From: Eutreptiella sp. 'Long Island Sound 2002'
Lineage: Eukaryota > Protista > Euglenida
Assembly (NCBI GenBank): GCA_964036045.1
Contig: OZ038379.1
Span: forward strand, 55,056,001-55,120,000
DNA length: 64,000 bases
Direction: 5' to 3'
Part shown: piece after piece, positions 24,231-35,400 of the stretch
How positions within the stretch are numbered: the stretch's first letter is position 1
How the letters are laid out: the number at the start of each line of letters is the position of its first letter
Translations under genes and position numbers: made by a program
The notes under the pieces: generated by a model
Databases searched by the model: none
The model's input: the letters and a program-made list of their open reading frames with translations, nothing else
What the model was told of the DNA's origin: nothing

Positions 24231-24805
24231 GTGCAGTGGGCGGGTGCGTGGGAGGTGCGCGCGATGAGCGCGGAGGCCGCCAACGGCGACCTCGAGGCCC
24301 GCCTGTCCAGAGCCAATGAGGACAGGCGGGGCGCCGAGACGCGGTTGGCGGACCTTACCAAGGAGAGGGACCGCTTGGCCGCGAGGGTGAAAGCCCTGGA
24401 GCGCGACTTGGGGATGGCGCGCGAGGCCGCGGGGGCACCGGCAAAGCCAGTGGCACAGACAGGGAAGGGCCTGAGGGTGCCGAGGGCCCAACAGTGGAGA
24501 CGGCGGGGGGGGGGGGGGGGGGCAATGCCTCCGATGTCCGGTACCTTCTGGCCGGCGCGCAGGCGTGGCATGCCCAGGCCGAGTGGCATCCCCAGGCGGA
24601 GGCATGCGCCGGCCAGATGTCGGCCGTGTTGACGGGTCTCCGGATGGCCCTGCTAGTGAGTGGCCAGCAGGTCGAGGTGGACACCGTGGCGCCCGACGTT
24701 GCCAAGGTCAGTGCCGCCCACGATGTCGTGGGCCGGCAGTACCCCCCGCATCGCCTCACGTCAGCGGCGATGGACGCCTCCTTCGTTGAGGCAGTGGTGG
24801 AGTAG
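24231..24805 (+). pseudogene. Accessory ORF2, coiled-coil protein (frameshift at G-run ~24506-24522)
   Basis: LEARLSRANEDRRGAETRLADLTKERDRLAARVKALERDL heptads, continuing in frame 24494..24805. Confidence 0.55.
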
Positions 24806-25359
24806 AGCTCCCAGGGCTCCGCTGGCCGGAGCTCCGCTCCACGGGGGGGGGGGTAGCTCAACCTTTAACTTCGGGACCACCCGTCCCTTCTAGCCTGGAC
24901 GGATGTTAATTGTACATGTTTATATATGAATACATGTAAAAATATGCTGACCCCCCCCCCGGGCATGGGGAGTTTGAACGACATGTGGGGTACCCCCCCC
25001 ACTTTGCGAAAGTTCCTTCAACACTGTTTGTATTTTAGTTGGGGTCTCCTGTGCCAGTCGATCTGTTACACTGCTGAGGGTCTCAACTGAAATGATGAAA
25101 AAAGTGGACATTGGTCCGGGTGTGCGGTAACCCCTGAGCTTCAGCCCGTGCTTGCTTTGTGAGGGCCAACGAGGGCAAAAGGATGACTCAAATCTTTTTT
25201 TTGAAATAATTCGCTCGGATCCACGTGAAATCCGTACGAAATTCGTGCGAATTTCACGGAACCTTTAGTATTCACACACATTCATTCACGTGAAATTCGT
25301 ACGAAATTCGTACGAATTTCGTACGATTTTTGACGTGAATCTCACCAAATTTAGTCACC

Positions 25360-27211
25360 TTGGGCATGGGGATGGTAGAAACCTCCGAAAAAAACCTCCC
25401 CAATTCCACAGGCTTTCTACCAAACACCATGCTGCGTGGTGATGCAGCTCGGCCCAAGGCACCATTCCATTTGGTGGCCGATCGTACGCAACGGAGGCGC
25501 CTACAAGAGCTCCAGCAAGTTGTTACCAAGGAGCTTGCGACACCCTACACCGTCAAGTAGCTGCCCCACACCGGGCAAATAGTGCTTACCCTAGAAACAA
25601 GAGTTGTAGTGGCCGTCACGCCTGAGCCCACCATGGAGGAGAGCTTGATTATGGCCGTCTGGCGGATCTGGTCATTGCACCTCTCTAGGACTGAGGCGCG
25701 GTGCCTAGTGGGGAGCATGACGCACGGTGTGGTATGGGACCAAGTGTACAACATGCTTCGGCAGCTAGCGTTACCGGAGTCCCCGGCGTTCACTACCTAT
25801 ACGGGAGACGACACGACCATCCATGGTGCGGCCTGCTACCTACCCGACCGCATCGGCCACCTGTACAAGTGTCCACAAACCCCACCCTCGGACATCATGC
25901 AGCCCGGGGACCCACGGCTGCATTGGTTGCCTATTGCGGTGGATGGTACATCAAGGCATGAGGCCTCGTACGTCCATTGCACGCTTGGTGGCACCACCAA
26001 CCCTAACCAACTGTCTAGTTGGTGGCAATCGGGGGGCAGTAAAAATTGGGAGACCCTCTACGTGGCCTCCCAAGAAATTGATTTTGATGTCGAGTTGCGC
26101 AAGGCCGCAACCGTAAGTTTTAAAGATATGGAAGGGAACGATAGGCAGTCCCCCCCTTTTTTTTCTGTGTGCAGATGGGAAAGCACAGGTGCTCATGGCG
26201 GGCTGCCACAACTGGAAGGCAGAATCCCCTGGTGCCAGCGTGTGTTGGGTCTGCATGTGCAACCGTGCTGTTTGCCTTGCTACCTTTGGCAGAACAAGTG
26301 CAATAGACGGCAACTTGGAAGGGACTATTGCCATAGGTGCTGTATAGAGGACCATTATGAGTGATAGGCGAGTGCTTGATTACGTCCTCCATGGGGTCCT
26401 CCGTGTCCTGTTGTGTGGCATCAACGGGACATGGGACCGAGTTTTACAATCAACAGGTAAGGCACCGGCCACTGTGGCACGCACCATTCTCCAACCAGTT
26501 CTAGATGAGGCACGGCTTGCAGCACGAACTTGCACCCGTGCCTCATTAAACAATGACAAGGCAAATAGCAAGGGGAAGGTAAGGATGGAGTGTGCTGCTG
26601 CCATCCATTTCATGCGGAATAGGGGTTCGGAGAAGATAATAGATGCTTGCCTACAACACCCTAGTGTGAGGCAACATCAAGTAGGAGGAAAAAGTTGGGA
26701 GTCGGTATGCAAAACATGGTGGGAGAATTTTGCAAGCATGTGTGTATACGCTTGGCGTTCCGCATGGTTCTCCGGGGCCGAGTTGGGGCGGCTCCGGAAC
26801 CATAGCATAGCCATGGGCACCGCCCACAATGAGCTCCAGTGGGGCAATTTTCTGTGGATTCATCTTTGGATCGACCACATTCATTATTTTGCAAAGAAGT
26901 GGAGAATCTTGTCAAAGTTCTCCTGCTTTGCCATGGAGGGAAGTCACCAGAGGCTGAAGCGCATGTTGCGCAACAGCGGGGGCCTAAGCCTCCTCCGGGG
27001 GAGACTAGGGGTGCAAGTGGTTGTGGACAACCACACCATTGATGATCGCCTTTGGTCGCATGGGTGGGATGCGGCCAAAAGGGCACAAAATTGGCAAGGG
27101 CCCATAAGTGTACAAATGTATTCAAGCCGTACAAGAAGACGGCTTCTAACCGACATGCAGCACCTTCGGACTCTACAGCGGCGGTTCCGGTGTCGCAAGA
27201 AACGGACATGA
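25360..27211 (+). pseudogene. Near-intact RAG1/Transib/CMC-like DDE transposase (2 in-frame TAG, 1 homopolymer frameshift)
   Basis: D1 IAVDGT (25942), GGSKNWETL (cf. RAG1 DESDHETL), D2 CADGK (26174), CWVC (26243), LDYVLH, H26861-x4-H26876, and E26936 exactly 20 codons after the second H. Confidence 0.85.
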
Positions 27212-27986
27212 GGTCACCACACAAACCCAGACCATTGTTGCCTATGGCCAGGGTGCATGCAGGGATGCACCGGAGAGCGTACCTGGGTTGTTAGGACAAA
27301 TCAGGGGGTGCACACCGGTAACATTTGTGTAGAATCGCGTGAATTCACGTGAAATTCGTACGAAGTTCGTACCAAATTCGTGCGAATTTCGTACGAATTC
27401 ACGTGAATTCACGCCTATGAACTGGCTACAGGCTTGCCGGGTTTTGGCACCTCTCGTTTGGGGCGTGGTCATGGTGGATGCTTTTGGGGCGTGACCTTCA
27501 CTGGATGATGCGTAATGAAGCCGGGGGAAGAATTTTTCCCCCTCAAATCCCTCGGAAGGAACCAAAAATATGGCGTTTCCCCCCGAAAACCTCAAAATTT
27601 GGGTCGATTCACGTGAATATTCGCGCCCCATCCAAACGGCCACTTATCCCCCGTTCACGAAGGGTACATTGGCGCTTGTGAGCCTAACCCAACTAACATC
27701 TGTTTGTGCCCTTGAGCCACACCAATGAGTTTGTGGTCAAAGCCCTAGTGCTTGTGCCACAACCCCCACTTCGCATCTCTTTGTGCCTGTGAGCCAAAGC
27801 AATCTGTTTGAGTTTGGAGCCATAGCGCTACTGACACAAACTCTTGCATAATGGTGTTTGGTGGACAAGCTAGTGAGCCCGAAGAGAAGCAGTCCTTCCA
27901 CCTCTATTGCCACGTCCCTGCACTTGACCCCCCCCCCCCCCGGCAAGCACCAAAATCATCATCTGTTCTTGTCTAGCACCCTCACA

Positions 27987-28280
27987 ATGGACCAGATTCT
28001 TGAGGGGCTGCTGGAAAATGCATTGGAGAAAGTGAAGCTGAAGTATGGTCTGATGTTGGCTACTGGGCATTTGCGATGGAAAGCCACCCGTGAGGTGCAG
28101 GCAACGTTTTGGAGAACGTTGAACGACCACATGGCTACTTGCGATTTGAATGTGGTGCATGAGGAGGGTGTTCGAGTATATTGCCGCCTCATGTACACTA
28201 AGCATGGCTTCTGTCTACCCACACGGGGCAATGGGGGCCCCAGCGTGAAGTACGTTGAGATTTCCGGTGCATTTTGGTAG
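27987..28280 (+). CDS. Hypothetical protein or exon, function unknown
   Basis: 97-codon ATG-initiated frame (MDQILEGLLENALEKVKLKYG...) preceded by a pyrimidine tract and AG. No recognisable motif. Confidence 0.2.
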   Translation: MDQILEGLLENALEKVKLKYGLMLATGHLRWKATREVQATFWRTLNDHMATCDLNVVHEEGVRVYCRLMYTKHGFCLPTRGNGGPSVKYVEISGAFW

Positions 28281-28959
28281 CGTGAAGCTGCGCCAAGTAG
28301 GTGTTGCTGGTGGCCGCCTCGGGGCACCAGGGGGGTTGGCCAGGTAATGTGAAGCCCACACAGATGAGGCTTGTCTAGTGCTCATTGGTGCGTGCCTTTC
28401 CAACGTTGGATAATTAGCACTTTTGGATAGATAGCACTCCATATTCCACCTTTACACTGCAGCACTTTTGCAGTTTGCGTGCCAGAAAATTGGGGTGAAG
28501 TTGTCCCCATATGTATGGCCTCAGGCAACAGGTGGGCATCAACCGGTTGTTAGTTATCTGGTCCCCCCTCCCAAGATTCCAAAGGGGGCTAAGGCACCAG
28601 CATGTAGTAGTGTTGCCTAAAGCAGCATCACTAATCCGCGCAACTCATTGTTGCCTGAGGCATCTGTCCCAAAAGTGCTAGCCCAACCCGTGCCACATGT
28701 CCATGTGCCACTGACAAGGCAACGGCGCTTTGACCAAGCTATGATGCAGGCTTGCCCATGGAGTTGCGTGTTGCCTGACCGTTGCGTGCCAAGGGATGCA
28801 AGAGCAACACAACGTGCCCTTGAGTGGGTCCAGCCTTGTGGCAGCCTACTCGTTCAGGCTGCATTTTGCAACCAGCACGCGGGTGCCCATGCAGGTTTGC
28901 AATGGCCTGTTGATGTGTTGCACCCCTTGAAATGAGGTGGCCTGTTTGTAAAGTGACAC

Positions 28960-31900
28960 TTGAGGGGCTGCGATGACACTCAGGAGCTTATAGCTCATCA
29001 TACACATCACCGCTGCCCCTAGAGACAACATTTTCTGTGGCTGTGGTGATACCCCATACCTTGTTGATGTTGTTACATGTCACCGGTGCCCATGGAGACA
29101 TGATTTCAAGGGCTGTGGGCAATATCCAACACCTTGTTGATGATGTTACATATCACCGCGGCCCGCGAAGACATGATTTCAAGGGTTGTGGTGATGTCGC
29201 ATACCTTGTTGATGATACACATCCGCGCTGCCGGTGGAGACATTGTTTTAGGGGCTGTGATGATACCACACACCTTGTAGATCATTAAACATATCAACGC
29301 TTCCACCGGAGACATCATTTCGGGGGCCGTGGTAATGTCCTAAAGGGTAGGACCCGTCTTCCTTTCAAATCGTGAAGCTGTAGCTTGAGAAGTCCAAGAC
29401 CCCCCCCCCCCTCCGGCTGAAGCCGCCCGACGAAATCTGCAAATGGTTGCTTACCACCTTTGCCTATTCCTTTAATAGCCAGTGTTGCGCATAGATGCCG
29501 AAGCAAATGCACCCATTAACGTGTACCAATCCCTTTTTGCGGGGCCTGCCGGTGTGGGCGGAGGCACCACACTAGGGTTTGGCCAGATCAGAATTTCCTG
29601 GCCTTCTATCATCCACCAGAGTCATCCTTGTTTCCGAATGGTGTCCTAATTGGCAACTGGATAGAACTAACACTATTAGCATCGATGTTAAGGTCGTCCA
29701 TGGGCTGGCCTGCTGTGAGCACGCCGCCAGAAGCCAGGAAGCGTGCCGCCAGCACAGGCCCCAAAACACGACAAAAATTGGGGTTGCAACAATTTCTCCA
29801 GCTTTGAAGCTGGCCCTAACCCCCCCCCCCCCTTCTGAAGCTACAGCTTCAGGATTTGAAAAAAAGACGCGTCCTTATGGATGATTGTACATACCACCAC
29901 TGTCCCTGGAAACATGTTTTCGAGGGCTGTGGGGATACCCCACACCTTACAGACCATCATACACATCACCGCTACCCCCTGCTGTCATGGTTTCAGGGGC
30001 TGCGGTGACAACCTAGACCCTGTAGACCATGATACATATCACCGCTGCCCTTGGAGAGATGATTCCATGGGTTGCGGTGATGTCCCATACCTTGTTGATG
30101 ATCATACATATCACCGCTGCCACTGGATATGGTTTCAAGGGCTGCAGTATGTCCTACACCTCGTAGACCATCATCGTCATACATATCACCGCTGCCCCTA
30201 GAGACATGGTTTTAGGGGGTGTGGTGATACCCTGCACTCTATAGACCATGATACATATCACCAGTGCCCCTACAGACAGGATTTCAAGGGTTGTGGTGAT
30301 TTCCCATACCTCGTTAATGATCATCCATATCACCGTTGGCCCTAGAAACATGGTTTCAGGGGCTGTGGTGATGTCCCACACCTCGTACACCATGATATAT
30401 ATAACCAGCGCCCCTGCAGACATGGTCTTAGGGCCTGCGGTGATGTCCGACAGCTTGTTGATGATGTTACATATCACCACTGCCTATGAAGATATGACTT
30501 CAAGGGCTGCGGGGATACCGCACACCATGTAGCCCGGGACACATGTCACCGTTGCCCCTAGAGACATGAATTGTTGTTGTGATGCCCCATGCCTTGTTGA
30601 TGATCATGCATATCACCGCTACCAATGGAGATATGGTTTCAGGGGCTGCGGTGGTTCCCCACACCTTGTAGATCAAAATACATATCACCGCTGGTTTTAG
30701 GGGCCGCGATGATACCCTACACCCCACACGGCATTGTACATATCACTGCTACCCTTGGAGACATGATTTCAAGGGCTGTGGTGATGTCTCATGCTTTGTT
30801 GATGATTATACATAGGAACAATGCCCCTAGAGACATGGTTTCAGGGGCTGCAATGATGTCCTACACCTCGTAGACCATCATCATCATACATATAACCACT
30901 GCCCCTAGAGACATGGTTTCAGGGCTATATTGATGCCTATACGCCATGATACATATCACCGCTGCCACTGCAGACATGATTTCAAGGGCTGCGGTGATGT
31001 CCCATACCTTGTTCATGATCATACACATCAATGCTGCCCCTAGAGACATTGTTTCAGGGGCTGCGGTGATGTCGTATACCTCGTACACCATCATACTTGT
31101 CACCGCTGCCCCCCAAACATGGTTTCAAGGTGTGCGGTGCTGTCCGACAGCTTGTTGACGATGTTACATATCTTTCTTGCCCCTGGAGACATGACTTCAA
31201 GCTGCGGTGATGCCTCAAACCCTATAGACCACAATACATATCACCACTGCCCCTAAAGACATGATTTCAAGGGCTGTGTTGATGTCCCATACCTTGTTGA
31301 TTGATGATCATATGTATCACCACCGCGCCTGCAGTCATGTTTGCATGGGCTGTGGTGATGTCCTACACCTCGTAGACCATCATACATATCACCGTTGCCC
31401 CTGCAAACATGGTGTCAAGGCGCGCAGTGATGTCCCACGGCTTGTTGATGATGTTACATATCACTGCTGCCCCTCCAGACATCATTTCAGGGGTTGCGCT
31501 GACGCCGTATAGCTTGTAGATGATCGTACGTATCACTGCTGGCCCTAGAAACATAATTTCAAGGGCTGCGGTGATGTCCTACGGCTTGTAGGTGATCATA
31601 CATATCACCGTTGCCCTCCAGCCATGGTTTTAGGGGCTGCGGTGATACCCCACACGGTGTAGATCATCATACATATCAGCGTTGGCCCTAGAGACATCAT
31701 TTCAGGGGCTGCGGTGATTTTCTACAGCTTGTAGAGGATCATACATATCACGGTTGCCCTTGGAACCATGTTGTCAAGGGGTGCGATGATGTCCTACACC
31801 TTATGGATCATCATGCATATCGCCGCTGTCCTTGGTGACATGGTTTTGGGGGCTGCGGTGATACCCTACACCTTATAGACCATGATACAAATTACCGCTG

Positions 31901-32230
31901 CCCCTGGACACATGATTTTAGGGGCTGCGGTGATGTCTTGTGTTTTGTAGATGATCATACATATCACTGCCGCCTCTACAAACATGGTTTAAGGGGCTGC
32001 GGTGATACCCTACACCTTGTACACGAGGATAAATATCATCGTTGCCCCTAGAGACATGATTTCAAGGGGTGCGGTGATATCCCATACCGTGTTGATGATG
32101 TTACATATCACTGCTACCCATGGAGACAAGGTTTCAGGGGTTGCGGTGATATCCTTTACCTTGTTGATGATGTTACATATCACCGCTACCATGGAGACAT
32201 GATTTCTAGGGCGCAGGTGATGTCCTACGC
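28960..32230. repeat. Degenerate ~72-bp minisatellite (ctgcccctagagacatgatttcaggggctgcggtgatgtcc...catacatatcaccg), ~37 units, interrupted at 29349-29875
   Basis: The gcccctagagacatg core recurs about every 72 bp (e.g. ~30192, 30265, 30337, 30409, 30481, 30553). Confidence 0.9.
29349..29875. mobile_element. ~527-bp MITE-like insertion with ~44-bp imperfect TIRs inside the minisatellite
   Basis: Left aggacccgtcttcctttcaaatcgtgaagctgtagcttgagaag versus reverse complement of right aggacgcgtctttttttcaaatcctgaagctgtagcttcagaag. TSD not resolved. Confidence 0.75.
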
Positions 32231-34959
32231 CTTGTAATCGAAGTCCAAGGCTAGGAAGAGCCACAATGTTGCCATTTACCACCGTGGAGCCAAAAAGTGT
32301 CAAACACACCCAAGGTATGCTAATTTTGATTTGTGGATTTCCATGGTAACTGATTATTTGTCACAGTGGCGAGTAGTGCCAATAACGTAAAGAATGACCC
32401 TCCCGAGAAGTGCAAGGTGTGCTGCACGGGATGCTAGATTTGGAGCTACGACCTTTAATGAAGGGGTGAGTTCCCGGAGGTGGATGGCCCCGCGGGGTCA
32501 CGTCAAGAATGCCATTACGGGTTTATGGAACCGGAAGGGGGGTCCACTGCCCGCCAATAGGTGCACAACCAACTTGTCTAGATACCGAGGATTGACCGGA
32601 GCATATCGCCTAAATACGGGCGCTGGAGAATGAGGGCAGGGGCACCAAGTGGAAACTGGGGCGTTGGGAAGATTCTTGCAGCAGAATTGGTGTTGAACAG
32701 TTTCGGATGGCCTAACATCGCTACCATGGTCTCGGAAGATATCACTTCTGGAAACATTCTAGCCGCGGTTACACGAACTTGGCACGAGGCACATCGCAAC
32801 ACTCGAGAAGTTTGATTGGGAGGTATTGGAGGAGCACGTCAAGGACGAAGTGGACCGTGGACAAAGCGCCAACGACATGAAAACCGGTCTTTGGGCAACG
32901 ATTGGGGCGGTGTTAATGAGAATCCCCAAACACTAAGTGTGCGGGCTCTTCTGGAAATGAAAAGCGCCAAAAACAAAAAAGAGAGAACAGAGGGTTGTGT
33001 GAGGATCGGATAGGGCTCTCCAAGTCATGGTTGTCAAGGCTTGGACCTACACTTAGTGCGTGATTGGTGCAGCGGCGGTATTATGAACGGTAATTGGATT
33101 TTGAGTGGTGAAAATGGCCACATTCCAGGTCCCGAGGCTTGAAAGGGTCATGGGGGGCACCATGTCATGTGGACAAGAAGGCGAACACCCATTTCTATGT
33201 CCACAAAGTGGGATTGTGGGCGAGGCGGTGGCTCGGATTCCTCCACTGCACGACGCTCAACTATAACTAGGCTTTGATCAGTGCCACATGTCCCCCCGCA
33301 TGCTACAACATGGAGGCCGCAAGTCCTCGCCAAGTGTACCATGAGACAACCTTCCACCTCACCTTGCCAACAATCTCGGTAGCACACGCTCTAGGGGGGC
33401 GCCCTTGCACTGTGCACGCACTACATGCACATTGTCCGCTAACTTTTTAGACCAAGTTACCCCCAAAGAGTCCCCAAGGACACCCCTTCCAAACGCTCTT
33501 ATGTCACCCCTACCTCAGGAGCATGTCCCACTGTAGACCCTGGGAGACCTCCTTCAGTGGGGGCGGGAGGTGGTCCATCTTCCACAAATGGGGGCGGCAC
33601 GATGGACCCGGGGGTGCTGGGTATGGCTGTCTAGCATAGCCCCGTTGCCGACCGTCTCGGGATGACGGCATGGTACTTGGCTACCACGAAGGATCCTTGG
33701 CCTTGATCAAGCTCATGAGGTCACCTTCGATTATAGCACTTGGACGTGATACAACACTTGGAGAGGATGCTGGATTGTCCCTCGGCCTTGATCATGATAC
33801 TGAGGTCCCACATCAGCCGTGCCTGCTCGGGGTCCCCATGATGGGGGGGAAACAACATGGATACATCACCTCTACCTTCTTGGGGTCCCATGATGGGGAG
33901 AAATCAACCTAGGAAAGAGTGGGTGTGGTGGAAATGAGCAAAAAATGTGAACAAAGGTGGAAATGGGTGAAACTAGGTGAAAATCCAAAAATGCCATATC
34001 CCCAATGTGGAAGAAGTATCAAAACCTACTCTCAAACAACAATGATGCCTCCCTAGTATCACAAAGTATGGGTCTCTAGTACGGCCACATGCCCAGATAG
34101 TTGCAGTGCGCCTGCACTGCGCTAAGTGCGCCCCCTAGGAGCCATGCCCCAGAAAACGGAGGCAAAGTTTCCATTTCCAACTTTTTGGACCGTGATGCTC
34201 ACAAACAGCCGTAAAAATGAGCGACAACATGCAAACACTAGTGTGGGGGCTACGTGTGATCCAGCATAGGAACACCGTATGCAGTGCCAAAGTACCGGAC
34301 TATCTTGGTGGGCTATCGTAAGTGTAGAACGTTAGCGTCCAGGATTCGTAGAGGAGTGGCTGATGGGCGGTCATTATCCCTGCATTTGTATTTCACGGGC
34401 GACAAGGACTGCTAGTGTATTATAAAGCTGCACTGTGGATGTAGCTCCTTGTGGAGCATGATGGAGCGCTTGACACAGATTGATTGGGTCGTATTGGATG
34501 AGGAATACAATGGGTATAATGGTGAGCCTAGGGAGGGCAAGGTGACCGACACGCTGCGGGAGGCTGGGATAGGGTGGTTTGGAAACTATGATACACTCGA
34601 ACACCTTTGGAGGGATTGTGTCCAGGAAAGTGAGGAGCTGCTGCTGCAATCATGGAACGAAGAGACCTCAAATTAACCGGCCCATCTGCTCACGGACATT
34701 CTCAATACTTGTTGTAAGGCGTTACTTAGTGATGGGCTATCACTAGACATGCTGCTAGCGTCTGGCACGGAAACTGGTTCTCAGTAGGACATGGCCCCGC
34801 ATCAAAAGCCACTCAATCACACCCGCCCCCCTCACTACTAGAACGCAGTAGGAACGTGCCGCGTCCAGTGTGTGGCCCATTTGGCCTAGTAGGACCCTGC
34901 CCCATCCGATCATGTCTGAGCTGGCAGACGCTAGTGGCAAGTCTGGCTATCACATCCGG

Positions 34960-35400
34960 TGTCCAGCGACGAGCAGAAAAACGGTTGTGCCTTTCTGAAA
35001 CCTAAGTGGTCACAAATGAGTGCCTTCATTGTAGATATGAGGAACCTCATTGCGAACACTGATCAAGCCTTGACGCTTCCCTCTTCCCAAAAGTCTTGGA
35101 CATTTTTCAGAACATCGAATAGATGAGACTCAGAGGCCCTTTGTATGGAACCATCATCGACCGCACAAAATTTTCTTGGTTGCTACAAATGCCCAAAAGG
35201 CACTGGTTCTTTTTACGGTTGGACAGTGCAGAGTTTCACTGCTTGCCTTTTGGGTGCAATCACTCACCCTTGATTGTGCAAGAGTCGGACCCGCTACAAC
35301 ATTATATGCCTTCGGAGGTTGTTTGCACTGTTTTTTTTCATTACATGGACGGCATCCATCTATTTGGTCATGACAAGGCCGTCCTGAAAATATTCACCAG
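34960..35400 (+). pseudogene. Degenerate reverse transcriptase (DIRS/YR-retroelement-like)
   Basis: AFLKPK..FIVDMRNL, IDRTKFSWLLQMP, FHCLPFGCNHSPLIVQ and FHYMDGIHLFG correspond to RT motifs 2-5, with YMDD degraded to YMDG. Confidence 0.65.

Larger units (their letters stand above)
21614..27664 (+). mobile_element. Full-length 6051-bp three-gene DNA transposon (dioxygenase, coiled-coil, RAG1/Transib/CMC-like transposase) with TIRs and TA flanks
   Basis: TA|CCCTTCGTGAAC at 21612-21625 and GTTCACGAAGGG|TA at 27653-27666. AAATTCGTACGAA arrays at 21900-21945, 23935-24055, 25225-25345 and 27335-27415. Confidence 0.9.

Noticed and set aside
8029-24805. ORF2 as a RAG2 homologue
   Set aside because: No kelch repeats or PHD finger are visible, and the sequences are dominated by coiled coils.
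451-26347. Recurrent in-frame TAG/TAA in transposases suggesting stop-to-Gln reassignment
   Set aside because: The Aladin exons read here contain no in-frame TAG/TAA, use CAA/CAG for Gln and end in TAA. The stops fit ordinary C-to-T decay of pseudogenes.
29881-32309. Many His/Ile/Met-rich ORFs
   Set aside because: Artefacts of the 72-bp minisatellite, with frequent stops and no consistent frame.
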